Under the pieces are notes generated by a model. That model ran no database searches. It worked only from the letters and a program-made list of their open reading frames with translations, and had not been told where the DNA came from. A stretch of 63,937 nt of DNA, filler included, from Candidatus Woesearchaeota archaeon (GTDB taxonomy: Archaea > Nanobdellota > Nanobdellia > Woesearchaeales > J072): assembly GCA_003695265.1 (NCBI GenBank). It is 8 parts of 8 records of this genome, joined end to end, with 100 filler letters (N's around TTAATTAATTAA, not from the genome) between each part and the next. Parts side by side here need not be neighbours in the genome. Positions count along the whole stretch, not along the records: positions 47,349 to 58,941 come from RFII01000026.1; positions 59,042 to 63,937 come from RFII01000004.1; 6 more parts are not named here. One strand, 5' to 3'. Below are positions 49,355 through 61,940 of this stretch, piece after piece. Made by a program: the position numbers and the translations under genes. Numbering within the stretch: position 1 is the stretch's first letter; the number at the start of each line of letters is the position of its first letter.

Positions 49355-50407
49355 ATGGCGAAAATACTTTACAGTTTAAACGGTGAGGGAATGGGCCATG
49401 CCATTAGAAGCCAGGCCATTATAGAAAAGTTGTTAAGGCACCGCCACAACATAATAATTACTGCAGGCGGAAAAGCGTACAAATACTTGCACGGGCGTTT
49501 CAATGACGTTTTTGAAATAGAGCCATTCCACATTTCATACAAAGACAATACTGTGAATCGCTTAGGCACTTTTTTTGAGTTTTTCAGGCATTTCAGAAAA
49601 AAAGTAAGATCAGCAAGGAGGATAATAAGAATAATAAAAAGGTTCAGGCCGGACGTGATAATATCTGATTTTGACATTTACTCTGTCTTTCTTAAACCAG
49701 TCTGCAGAGTTCCAATAATTTCTATTGACAACCAGAGCATAATAACCAATGCAAAAATAAGTTTTCCGCGAAAGCACTGGCTTGATTATATTATTTCGTG
49801 GCTGCTGGTAAAAAGCGCTACAAGCGCTGCTGATTACCATTTAATCACCAGTTTTTTCCAGGCAGAAATAAAGAAAAAGAACACTTACTTGTTCCCTCCT
49901 GTAATCAGGAAGAAAATACTTGATGCGAAGCCAACGAGCAGAGGTCATGTCTTGGTTTACCAGACTTCTTGGACTGATAAAAAATTGTTTGAAGTGCTGA
50001 AAAAAGTTCCTGAAAATTTTGTTGTTTATGGCTATAAAAAAACGGGAAAAGATAATAACCTTACTTTCAGAAATTTTGATGAAAGGAATTTTGTGAAAGA
50101 CCTTGCTTCATGCAAGGCAGTGATTACAAACGGAGGATTCACCCTTATAACAGAAGCGCTGTATTTGAGAAAACCTGTCCTGTCAGTCCCTGTAAAAAAG
50201 CAGTTTGAGCAGATACTGAACGCGCATTACTTGGACAAAACAGGAATAGGAAAGTTCTGCGAGGAGATAAGCGTTAGCGCAGTAAAGAGTTTTTTGAAGA
50301 GCCTGCGAAAATACAAAAAAAAGCTAGAGCAAAGGCACAGCTGGGACAATCACAAGATAATTGCCAGGATAAACCTCATAATAAAAAAACATGAGAAACA
50401 GGCTTAA
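49355..50407 (+). CDS. GT-B glycosyltransferase (MJ1255-like)
   Basis: GEGMGHAIRS, ISDFD, ISIDNQ, NGGFTLITEA, QFEQILNA. Confidence 0.9.
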   Translation: MAKILYSLNGEGMGHAIRSQAIIEKLLRHRHNIIITAGGKAYKYLHGRFNDVFEIEPFHISYKDNTVNRLGTFFEFFRHFRKKVRSARRIIRIIKRFRPDVIISDFDIYSVFLKPVCRVPIISIDNQSIITNAKISFPRKHWLDYIISWLLVKSATSAADYHLITSFFQAEIKKKNTYLFPPVIRKKILDAKPTSRGHVLVYQTSWTDKKLFEVLKKVPENFVVYGYKKTGKDNNLTFRNFDERNFVKDLASCKAVITNGGFTLITEALYLRKPVLSVPVKKQFEQILNAHYLDKTGIGKFCEEISVSAVKSFLKSLRKYKKKLEQRHSWDNHKIIARINLIIKKHEKQA

Positions 50408-51825
50408 ACGTTCTTTTTCAGTATTTCCATTACTTTCTTGCCGTCTGCCCTGCCGCGAAATTTCCCCATAAGAATACCCATCAAAGCACCTACACTAGCA
50501 TTTTTGTTCTCGCTCACTACTTTCTTAACCTCTTTTTCTATTTCTTCATCAGAAACAGCTTTTGATTTTTCTATGATTAATTCTTTCCCAGAAGCAACAT
50601 CAACCAGCAATTCCATGACAGAGTCTTTTGTTATTTCTCCTTTGTTCAAAGCTTCAAATATCCTTATAAAATGCTCATCTTTTATTCTGAAAGGGTCTTT
50701 TCCTTTGTAATTCCTCAAGATTTCCGGAGTGTAAGAAACAAGTGTTTCTGCAATGAATGATGGTTTGACGTTCCTGTTTTTTACCAGCTGGTCAAACAAT
50801 TCTTTTTTCTCTGACTTCACCAGCTTGTAGGCAAGGTCTTTGCTCAAGCCAATTTTCTCCAATTCTTTTGCCTCATCACTTATCAGCTTCACAGCACCTA
50901 TGTTTTTTAGGTCAGGCTTTAAAGGAACAACATCTGTCTCGGGGTACATTCTCGCTGCGCCAGGCATGGGCCTTAAGTAAGAAGTGCTGCCGTCAGGCTC
51001 AACCTTCCTTACATGAGCCTCCTCCTTTTTTTTGAGGGAAAGCTGCCTTTTCACTTCTCTTTCAATAACAGCAGGCATTGTCCTTATTTCCTGAAATCCT
51101 TTTATCTCAACCCTGTTCTTCCCTCTTATTGAAACATTAACGTCCTGCCTTATCGTTCCAATTCCCCTCTTCACTTTTTTTGTCGACCTCAGAATCATGC
51201 CTAGCTTCTCAGCAACCTCTTTTGCATGCTCATTGTCCTTTATGTCAGGGCCTGTCGCTATCTCAATAAGAGGAATCCCTAATCTGTCCAGCCTGTACTT
51301 AGTGTAATCCTTTGTTGTTTCAACCTTCTGCGCTGCTTCTTCCTCAACGCAAATTGTGGGTATTCTTACAATCCCCTTTGATGTTTCTAAGCTGCCGTCA
51401 TAAGCAACTAAAGCTGTTCTCTGAAAGCCGGAAACGTTTGAGCCGTCAACAACAGTCTTTCTCATCACTTGTATCTCATCAACAATCTTTGCCTTTAGCA
51501 CAAGCGCGACTTGCAGGCAGACATCAACCGCATCCTTGTTTATTGGGTGCGGCGGTTCCTCGTCCATTTCAACCAAGCAACAGTCTCTTGAATCGGCTTC
51601 ATAAATGTACTTCTTTGCTTTTCTGGTCTCATACTTGGCTGCTTTATCAACATCTCCTGTTTCTCCAGCAACAGCCCTCAGTCTGCGCTCAAAACGAATG
51701 TCAGGCTTTTCTTTAGAATTCAAAGTAGGGCAATTACAGAACAGCTTTTTCCCCTCTATCTGCTGGTGTATTTCCAGCCCGCATTTGAACCCAAGTTTTT
51801 CATAATCCAGTTTGCTATAATCCAT
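50404..51825 (-). CDS. gatE: Glu-tRNA(Gln) amidotransferase subunit E (short form)
   Basis: GLEIHQQ, MRKTVVDGSNVSGFQRT, LDRLGIPLIEIAT, RPMPGAARMYPETD. Confidence 0.95.
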   Translation of the reverse strand: MDYSKLDYEKLGFKCGLEIHQQIEGKKLFCNCPTLNSKEKPDIRFERRLRAVAGETGDVDKAAKYETRKAKKYIYEADSRDCCLVEMDEEPPHPINKDAVDVCLQVALVLKAKIVDEIQVMRKTVVDGSNVSGFQRTALVAYDGSLETSKGIVRIPTICVEEEAAQKVETTKDYTKYRLDRLGIPLIEIATGPDIKDNEHAKEVAEKLGMILRSTKKVKRGIGTIRQDVNVSIRGKNRVEIKGFQEIRTMPAVIEREVKRQLSLKKKEEAHVRKVEPDGSTSYLRPMPGAARMYPETDVVPLKPDLKNIGAVKLISDEAKELEKIGLSKDLAYKLVKSEKKELFDQLVKNRNVKPSFIAETLVSYTPEILRNYKGKDPFRIKDEHFIRIFEALNKGEITKDSVMELLVDVASGKELIIEKSKAVSDEEIEKEVKKVVSENKNASVGALMGILMGKFRGRADGKKVMEILKKNV

Positions 51826-51826
51826 T

Positions 51827-53110
51827 TTAATACAGGTAAGTATCTTCTAAACTCCTATCTATGATTTCTCCTGCAATGTTCTGCAGCATTAGCTCACTCG
51901 CTTTTTCTTTATTATGCCCCAAAGCCCATCCAAGTTTTACATAAGCTGTTTCAGGAAGCATGTCCTCTGCGAAAATGCATCCAAGCTCTATTGAGAGCTT
52001 TCTAAGATTTGTGTAAACCAAGGGATGCACTCTTCCGTACAGTGTTTGCGAGGCAATAACAACCACTACTTTCTTGTCAATCGCTTTTTTTAAATGAGTT
52101 ATTATCTCATTCTTGCATGAAGTTGGAACGTGGCCGAGCGCAGTTGCCGCTATGACGAGTCCCTTATACTCCTTATTAAGGTAAAAATCAATTATTTCAG
52201 CGTCCATACCAGGATAAACCGTGATCAGCGCAACTTTTTCCTCAAACCCTGTTGACAACTCCGTTTTTGAGCTGCTTCTCTTTCTGAAATTATTGTTCAC
52301 AACATCTATTCTTCCATCTTCGTAAACCTTGGCCAAGGGAATGTCATTAACAGGCCTGAAAGCATCTCTTCTCGAGGTGTGCATCTTCCTTACTTTTGTG
52401 CCTCTTATCAAAATGCAGTAATCATCATTCGTTGTTGCGTGCATGCAGGTCATAACTTCTGCACCATCGAACTTAGCAGCTGCTATTACAGAGCAGAGCA
52501 GGTTCATGTACGCATCTGAAGAGCCGCGGTCAATGCTCCTCTGCGCTGCTGTGAAAACAACAGGCTTTGAAAGGCCTTTTAGGAAGAATGACAGAGCAGC
52601 CGTTGTGAAGTGCATCGTGTCAGTTCCCTGAGTCACAACAACGCCGTCAGCGCCTGAATTCAGCTCATCCGCAACCTCTCTTGCTATTAATTGCCAGTCT
52701 TTCGGCGTGAAGTCCTCTGACATTCTCGACATTATCTTCCTGGCCCTTAGGTTCGCAATATTCTTAAGCTCAGGAACCATCCTGACAAAGTCTTCTGCAG
52801 TGTAATTCGCGTGCACGCCGCCAGTCCTGTAGTCAACCCTTGAGGAGATCGTGCCACCTGTTGAGAGTATTGCAACTGTCGGAAGGCCTTTTTTCGGCTT
52901 TAATTTCTCCTTTGATTCCTTTTTTGGCGCGTATGCTTTCTTGACTTCAATTTTCTTTATTTTTTTGTTGTCAATGCCTATGTTGTAGCCGGAGTCGAGC
53001 TTTAAAACAGTTATGTTCTTATCCAATATTTCAGGCCTTTCTAAGAGAACGCCCTCAAACTCCTCATCTTTTGATATGACCTTCACAAGGTCTCCTGGTT
53101 TTGGCTTCAT
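51827..53110 (-). CDS. gatD: Glu-tRNA(Gln) amidotransferase subunit D
   Basis: KLDSGYNIG, TGGTISSRVDYRTG, GTDT, KMHTSRRDAF. Confidence 0.96.
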   Translation of the reverse strand: MKPKPGDLVKVISKDEEFEGVLLERPEILDKNITVLKLDSGYNIGIDNKKIKKIEVKKAYAPKKESKEKLKPKKGLPTVAILSTGGTISSRVDYRTGGVHANYTAEDFVRMVPELKNIANLRARKIMSRMSEDFTPKDWQLIAREVADELNSGADGVVVTQGTDTMHFTTAALSFFLKGLSKPVVFTAAQRSIDRGSSDAYMNLLCSVIAAAKFDGAEVMTCMHATTNDDYCILIRGTKVRKMHTSRRDAFRPVNDIPLAKVYEDGRIDVVNNNFRKRSSSKTELSTGFEEKVALITVYPGMDAEIIDFYLNKEYKGLVIAATALGHVPTSCKNEIITHLKKAIDKKVVVVIASQTLYGRVHPLVYTNLRKLSIELGCIFAEDMLPETAYVKLGWALGHNKEKASELMLQNIAGEIIDRSLEDTYLY

Positions 53111-53147
53111 AGATTAGAATGCAGTTCATTATTGTTTATATATTTTG

Positions 53148-53898
53148 TTATTGGCTTGGATTATAATCAATAAAAACTGTCTCGACGCTGAATTTCTCTT
53201 TTAGCAAAGGCATCAATGCCTTAACTCCCCATGTTTCTGTTTCGTAATGGCCTGCTGCTACCAAGTTTATTCTTCCGTCTTTTGCCATTTGTATAGAGCT
53301 GTATTTTCTGTCGCCAACCAGAAGCGCGTCTATTTCCTTGTCTATTGCCTCTTGAAGCGATGAATCTCCTCCGCCTGAGACAATGCCGACTTTTCTTATT
53401 TTTTCTTTTCCGAACGCAAGGACTTCTGAGTTTGCTCCTATTTTTTCATTGATGAAAGAAACAAATTCTTCTCTGCTCATCTCTTTCTCAAGCTCTCCGC
53501 TGAAGCCGATGTTAAAGCCGTGGTAATTCCCGAATTCCTTGACGTTTCTCAGGTTGAGCAGCCTTGCTAGTTGAATGTTGTTGCCATATTTTGCATGGCA
53601 GTCGAGCGGCAGATGCGCAGCATACAAGGCAATATTGTTTTTTATAAGAAAACTTATTCTTTTGAAGAGTATTCCCGCTATCATAATCTTTTTGCTGTCC
53701 CATAAAAGGCCGTGGTGGACAATTAGCAAGTCGCAGCCCTGTTTTTTTGCGCTTTCAAAGCTTTCCAGGCATGCGTCCACCGCAAACCCCACTTTTTTTA
53801 TTTCTTCTTTGCCCTCAACTTGGAGGCCGTTGTAAGAGCTGTCATTTATTTCATCAATTTTTAACTCTTTGTTCAAGAACTCAGCTATTTCTTTAAGC

Positions 53899-53906
<8 letters not shown>
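53148..53906 (-). CDS. Nif3-like dinuclear metal centre protein
   Basis: NGLQVEG, VHHGL, AHLPLD.H, AGHYETE. Confidence 0.93.
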
Positions 53907-56229
<2,323 letters not shown>

Positions 56230-56253
56230 CTTCTAGTCCTAAAAAAAGTGAAC

Positions 56254-56682
56254 TTATTTTTTTGCTGGAGGAGCTGTTCGCGCGCCAACCCTAGGCAAAG
56301 GAATTGGTGGAGGCAGGTTAATGTCTTTGCTAAGCACTAGCGCCTGTATGTTGCACCTTGTAAGGATTTGGTTCAGAATTTGCTGCATTACTGCTTGTGG
56401 CACTTTTTTCGCCTTTTTCCACTCTTTCAGAATGTCTGTTACTTCAGTCCCCTTTCCAATGTACATTAATTCTCCTGTAATCTCAATAATGCCAATGTTC
56501 GGAGTGTAATTTGACACGAACTGGAATGTGAATTTCAGGCCCTCCTCCTTACTCTTTCCGAGAGGAAGCTTTGTTTCCTTAACGTCTTTTATGACTATGT
56601 TGTTCTTTATCCCGATTTTTCCTGCTGCCAAATCCTTTCTTTCGCAGACGAACTTTGTAAAACTAAATCCCACAATTGTCAT
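56254..56682 (-). CDS. Conserved hypothetical protein upstream of cdc48
   Basis: MTIVGFSFTK...DINLPPPIPLPRV; GGTGA SD before ATG 56682. Confidence 0.72.
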   Translation of the reverse strand: MTIVGFSFTKFVCERKDLAAGKIGIKNNIVIKDVKETKLPLGKSKEEGLKFTFQFVSNYTPNIGIIEITGELMYIGKGTEVTDILKEWKKAKKVPQAVMQQILNQILTRCNIQALVLSKDINLPPPIPLPRVGARTAPPAKK

Positions 56683-56827
56683 GAGTATCACCAAGCTTCT
56701 GAATTCGTGCTGAATATTTAAAACTTTTGGAAATTTCTCAATTTCCAAAGCCAAAAAATAAAAATTTTCCTTGTTATCTGCATTAATATCACAAACTTTT
56801 TTAAATTATTGACCCATTCATAAATTT

Positions 56828-57973
56828 ATGTTTACAGGCCAGCACCACCACCATCTTGACAAATTATTCCATTTAAAGCATAAAATTGGGTACATATACG
56901 AACATCTTGTTGTACAAGCATTTGCAATATCCCTTGTCTCAATATTTGTCCCTATATATTTACTGACAATAAATTTCAGTTTAACTGAAGTCATGCTTTA
57001 TCTACTTTTCCAATGGGGTGTGTTTGGGTTATTTACCCCATTATATGCTATTATCCTTCATAAACTAGGATTAAAAGAGGTTATTTTTATCAGAACACCA
57101 GTCCTTGCCGTAGGCCTCTTCATGCTGAGTCTTCTAAAAACAAATGCTTTTTTGCAAAAATATTACCTTATAATTTCACTTATTATTGGTTTTTCAGATT
57201 CATTATACTGTTTGTCAATTAGTTCTTTATTTGCAAGCTTAATCGGTGAAAAGAAACAAAGCGAGAAAACAGGTGAATTTCTTGCATTTCCTAAGATATC
57301 TTCTATTCTTGGCCCTGTTTGTGGTGGATTTATAGCATCTTATTTTGGGTTTCCCATATTGTTTCTTATTGTTGTAATACTATTATTCACCTCAATAGTT
57401 CCTCTTTTGTTTATAAAAGAAAATGTGGACCACCCAAAATTTGATTTAGAAGCCTTTAAGCACGTAAAAATCAAGGACTTTCTTATTTTAACCGCTTATG
57501 GTCTTAAAGGATTCTTGTTCTTTATTTTTGTTCCACTAGCGCTTTACTTTCATTCACAAAACCAAGTTACTCTTGGTTTAATTGTTTCTTTCTTGTCACT
57601 CACAGCAGCACTTTTTACTATTTATACTGGTTACTTATCAGAAAAATTCGGACTAAAAAAAATTATCAGGGTTGGGGCTGTATTTCATTCAATATTATTT
57701 TTTGTATTCGCATTCCTCACTGGGAAACCATTATTCTTATACATTAGCTTCTTGTCAGGGTTTGTAAGTGTATTAATTGATGTTCCGTACGAAACATACC
57801 TTTTTGAAACTGCTAAGAAATACAGGTCACCACTAAAATTTTTAGTGTTTAAAGAAGTGTCCTTATTTGTTGGGAGGGCTTTTCTTTTTGGGGCATTAAT
57901 ACTCCTTGGAACTAGCATTAGTTTAGGATTCAATATTGGGGGGTTTTCATCTTTAGTATTTGCTTTCTTCTAA
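56828..57973 (+). CDS. MFS transporter
   Basis: About 12 TM helices; GYLSEKFGLKK motif-A-like sequence; His-rich N-terminus. Confidence 0.82.
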   Translation: MFTGQHHHHLDKLFHLKHKIGYIYEHLVVQAFAISLVSIFVPIYLLTINFSLTEVMLYLLFQWGVFGLFTPLYAIILHKLGLKEVIFIRTPVLAVGLFMLSLLKTNAFLQKYYLIISLIIGFSDSLYCLSISSLFASLIGEKKQSEKTGEFLAFPKISSILGPVCGGFIASYFGFPILFLIVVILLFTSIVPLLFIKENVDHPKFDLEAFKHVKIKDFLILTAYGLKGFLFFIFVPLALYFHSQNQVTLGLIVSFLSLTAALFTIYTGYLSEKFGLKKIIRVGAVFHSILFFVFAFLTGKPLFLYISFLSGFVSVLIDVPYETYLFETAKKYRSPLKFLVFKEVSLFVGRAFLFGALILLGTSISLGFNIGGFSSLVFAFF

Positions 57974-58018
57974 AAAGTTGGAAAGCTTTAAATAAATCCA
58001 CAAACTCACCTGAATATA

Positions 58019-58941
58019 ATGGACATAAGTTATCTTCACGGCATGGGAAGCCATCTCTTGCTGGACTGCTTTGGATGCGAGAATATTGGCAGTGCTGAGG
58101 CCATTAAAAAAGTTTTGGCAGAAATCCCAAGGAATCTTGGAATGCATATTATATCAGAGCCTGTTGTCATAAAGTCAAAGACAGAGAAGAAATCAGAGCA
58201 AGGCCTAACAGGATTTGTTATTCTTGAGGAAAGCCACATATCAATCCACACTTACCCAGCAAAGGATTACTGTGCCATAGATGTTTTTGTGTGCAAGGAA
58301 TTTGACATTGACAAGGCTGTGAAGCTTTTGAAAGACGCTTTCAAGTTCAGAAATGTTACAAAGCAGGTCTTGCACCGAGGAATTTACCGTGAATTAAACG
58401 AGAAAGACTTTGCGAAAATAAAAGGAACATTTCCAAAAGGAAAAGCCTCTTCCATGCTGGAAAGCTACAGGTTCTTAGGATTCCAGGCAACTAATGTTGC
58501 CAGAGCAATGGACGTCATTCGCAAAATGCGAAAGAAAAAGTCGAAAATCTTTCTAAGCTTCACATCGAACATGGTCTCTTCCGGCTTGAGAGAAATCTTT
58601 GCCTTCCTCGTGCAGCACAGATTAGTGGATGCGATAATAACAAGCGTGGGCTCTGTTGAAGAAGACCTTATGAAATGCCGCAAGCCGTTCCTGCTAGGAA
58701 GCTTCAACGTTGATGACAGAGAGCTGCACAGGCTCGGCGTTAACAGGATTGGCAACGTTTTTGTGCCGAACCATCATTACGAAAAGCTCGAAGACACATT
58801 AATACCTTTTTTCAAAAAAATGTATGAGATGCAGAAAAAAACAAAGAAATTGATTTCGCCGTCAAAACTAATATTTGAGCTTGGAAAAATAGTCAATGAC
58901 AAAAATTCAATACTTTACTGGGCTACAAAAAACAAAATACC
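58019..58941 (+). CDS. Fusion of pyruvoyl-dependent SpeD-type decarboxylase and deoxyhypusine synthase-like domain, 3' truncated
   Basis: GSHLLLD...EESHISIHTYP...DVFVC continues in frame into GFQAT...FTSNMVSSGLRE...VEEDLMK...NRIGNVFVPN. Confidence 0.88.
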
Positions 58942-59041
58942 NNNNNNNNNNNNNNNNNNNNNNNNNNNNNNNNNNNNNNNNNNNNTTAATTAATTAANNN
59001 NNNNNNNNNNNNNNNNNNNNNNNNNNNNNNNNNNNNNNNNN
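58942..59041. other. Artificial contig spacer
   Basis: N-run with TTAATTAATTAA. Confidence 0.98.
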
Positions 59042-59061
59042 AGGTTATTCCGTTAGATTAT

Positions 59062-60012
59062 ATGCTGAAGCTTGACAAGCTTGATCGTGCAATACTCTGC
59101 GCACTGGACTGTAACTCAAGGCAGTCTCTCTCATCTATTGGAAAGAATGTGAGGCTGAAAAAAGAGTCTGTGCATTACCGCATCCAAAGGCTCGAAGCCA
59201 GAAAAATAACCAATGGATACCCAACAATCATTAGCCTGGCGAAGATGGGCAAGATTCATGCTGAAATGTTTCTCAGGTTTCATAATGTTACAGTAGGATT
59301 AAAGAATGAGATGATATCTTTTTTCACAAGCCAGAAAGAAATAGTTTACGTTGCCAGCTGCAAGGGAGGATGGGATCTGCTGCTGGGCATCATAGTTAAT
59401 GAGGTGGCAGAGCTGAGCGCAGTAAAAAACAGGATTTGCGACAAGTACTCAATGTACTTTGCGGCTTCCTCAATATCCCTTACTATTGAGACTTACTTTT
59501 TCGGAAGGAAATACCTGATGGGTAAAGACATTCACATAACACAACATATTGACAAGCCCGGCAGCACAAAAACTGACGCAGTTGATAATGTTATACTTTC
59601 ATGCATCTCCAAAAACGCGAGGACAAGCCTGCTTGACATTGCAAAAAAGGCAGGAATCTCTGCAAAATCTGCGGGCTACCGCATCAAGAAGCTCCAGAAA
59701 AGCAGGATAATCCAGAAGTACACTCTTTCCCTAAACATGAACTCATTAGGAATGAGCTCGTACAAAATGCTTATCAGGCTTAAGTCAAGCCAGCACAAAA
59801 AAAGGCTGCTTGAGTATTTTCACCGACAGCCAAACACCACAACAGTAAGGGAAGTCCTTTCAGACTGGAACTTAGAGCCAACGTTTGAAGTAGAGTCGTC
59901 GGAACAGTTTTACAGAATTGTTGAAGAGCTGGAGGACATGTTCGGCGAGTCAATAATGTCTCATAGCTCATTTATGACAGACAATGAGTACAAATCAAAG
60001 TACTATTTATGA
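59062..60012 (+). CDS. Lrp/AsnC-family regulator, duplicated architecture
   Basis: LDKLDRAIL...NSRQS...YRIQRL, and a second HTH (NARTSLLDIAKK...YRIKKL). Confidence 0.85.
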   Translation: MLKLDKLDRAILCALDCNSRQSLSSIGKNVRLKKESVHYRIQRLEARKITNGYPTIISLAKMGKIHAEMFLRFHNVTVGLKNEMISFFTSQKEIVYVASCKGGWDLLLGIIVNEVAELSAVKNRICDKYSMYFAASSISLTIETYFFGRKYLMGKDIHITQHIDKPGSTKTDAVDNVILSCISKNARTSLLDIAKKAGISAKSAGYRIKKLQKSRIIQKYTLSLNMNSLGMSSYKMLIRLKSSQHKKRLLEYFHRQPNTTTVREVLSDWNLEPTFEVESSEQFYRIVEELEDMFGESIMSHSSFMTDNEYKSKYYL

Positions 60013-60040
60013 TATTTATGATTAACCTGTTAATTAATTA

Positions 60041-61786
60041 TCAGATGATTCTTCTTCCTGCAGAAGTGATTTTTATTGACTTGAACCTTCCTTTCTGCTC
60101 AACATCCAACAGCTGAAGCCTTTGGAGCTTTCTTATCTTGGACCTTGTCGTGGGCTTTGTAATGCCAAATTTGCGGGTTATGTCCTTGTATGAGACGAGC
60201 TTGTTTGATGCGTTATTCCCATTCACGTACTTTAAAATGCTGAGTTCCAAATCAGATAATTCCACATTTTTTCTAAAGTGTTTTCCATACAGGTCAACTG
60301 TCTCTGCCTCAATAGCCTTAAGCTGCTTTTCATCAAACAGCTCAGGCTTCACTGAAAGTATTATAATAGTCTCGCATGATAATGACAAATCCTTTAATGC
60401 GTGAATCTTCTTTATAACATTATCAAAAGCGTTCTCTGTAAGTATGTAATCAAGCCTGTCAATAAGAATAACACTTTTTTTGCTTTTCTTGACGAACTCT
60501 GAAACAAGGTTGAATATGTTGTCAATGTTTGTCTCGCATGGGATTTTATCCACTTTGATGTTTGTGAGCCAGATGAAAGATGTTTTCTGTAGGTTGTACT
60601 TCTCCCTTATCTTCCTCGGGTCTTCCCTCACGATGCCAAGCCCTGCATAGCCCTTGTTTAAGGAGCTTATGAACAACTCGTGGGCGTGATTCTCATCATC
60701 CTCTTTGACAAGATAAACTTTCCCTGCGTCTAAGCTCACGTCTGCCCGCGTGAACTTGTCCTTCTCAAACTCTATCTTTATGCCTAACTTCTCAAGAGTC
60801 ACGTTTGCCCTGTCAAGCTTAGTCTGAACCTCCTCCCTTGATTTGTATAATGAAATTAGCAAAAGGAAGCCGGAAAAAACAACAATTATAATAAATGCTA
60901 AGCTGAAAAAATGCCTTTTTTGCACAGCTGATATTTCTGAGCCAATGTTCTTCAAAGGCGTCAAAACAATAAGCCTCCATGTCTCTGAGCCGAGAATAAG
61001 GTCAGAAGAGGTAAGTATTGTATCACCAAAACCGTCAAAGTCAAATATTGTGCTCAAACCATTTTTTGTTTCCGGAATGCTTGATTTTATATCATTGTAA
61101 TCACTAACGCCTTCGCTTTTAAGAAGCGTTTCCCCGGTGTCAGCATTGATAAGAAAAAAGAAGCTCCTGTCCGAGCTCCAGAAAGGATGAAGGTACAGGT
61201 TGTACAAATGGTCTAATTCAATAATGGTCATTAATATGCCGTTAAAATCGCCTATAAAATTAGGGTATGGGGTGTAGCTTGTTGTCTCAAACAGGGGCGT
61301 TGAGATTATTATTTGGTGGCTTGTGCCCTGCCTGACAAGGCCTGCTATGAACGGCTCATTGGTTTCTTTAGGCGTCTTGAAATAATCCTTGTTCTTTATG
61401 TTTAAACCCAGAAAGTTTGAGAACCTTGGTGAGGAGCATTCAACAATGTTGCCGTGCTTGTCAACCCTCAAAAGCGAATCTATTTTGCTTTCGATGTTCT
61501 CATGTATAATTCTCATATCTCCAGTGCAGTTGTTTAAGTCAAGGCTTTCCATTAATGGAAACTTGCTGAGGGTTACGAGCTCATCTTTCACCTGCTTTAT
61601 GTGGTTTTCTATGCTGTTTGCGGCAAACTCTGTCTCTAGCCGCTGGTTTTCCATCAACTGATTTATTATAACATCTTCTATATTCGCAAATGACAAAATG
61701 TTAATGAAGATTATTATGCCAAGAATGATTAATGAGGCCAGTATTAACACAAGTATTCTGTTGCTTTTCATCATTTTTTCCCACAT
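60041..61786 (-). CDS. Membrane sensor: TM-dCache-TM-DUF835-wHTH
   Basis: Two TMs flank a Cache-like region (KDYFK...EPFI...IIISTPL). DUF835-like region (GLGIVREDP, FIWLT, ILIDRLDYI). C-terminal ITKPTTRSKIRKL...ITSAG wHTH. Confidence 0.72.
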   Translation of the reverse strand: MWEKMMKSNRILVLILASLIILGIIIFINILSFANIEDVIINQLMENQRLETEFAANSIENHIKQVKDELVTLSKFPLMESLDLNNCTGDMRIIHENIESKIDSLLRVDKHGNIVECSSPRFSNFLGLNIKNKDYFKTPKETNEPFIAGLVRQGTSHQIIISTPLFETTSYTPYPNFIGDFNGILMTIIELDHLYNLYLHPFWSSDRSFFFLINADTGETLLKSEGVSDYNDIKSSIPETKNGLSTIFDFDGFGDTILTSSDLILGSETWRLIVLTPLKNIGSEISAVQKRHFFSLAFIIIVVFSGFLLLISLYKSREEVQTKLDRANVTLEKLGIKIEFEKDKFTRADVSLDAGKVYLVKEDDENHAHELFISSLNKGYAGLGIVREDPRKIREKYNLQKTSFIWLTNIKVDKIPCETNIDNIFNLVSEFVKKSKKSVILIDRLDYILTENAFDNVIKKIHALKDLSLSCETIIILSVKPELFDEKQLKAIEAETVDLYGKHFRKNVELSDLELSILKYVNGNNASNKLVSYKDITRKFGITKPTTRSKIRKLQRLQLLDVEQKGRFKSIKITSAGRRII

Positions 61787-61940
61787 AAGCAGAGAGAACC
61801 CTTAAACAATTTATAAATTTTCCCTATTTTTTCACTAATATTTCTTTCTTTTTAAATATAAGGCCTGCTTTTTTCTGCAAGTTCGCATAAGAGCAAAGAA
61901 ACATTAGAATAATGTTTTGAATGGTGAAAATTAGGGGAAA

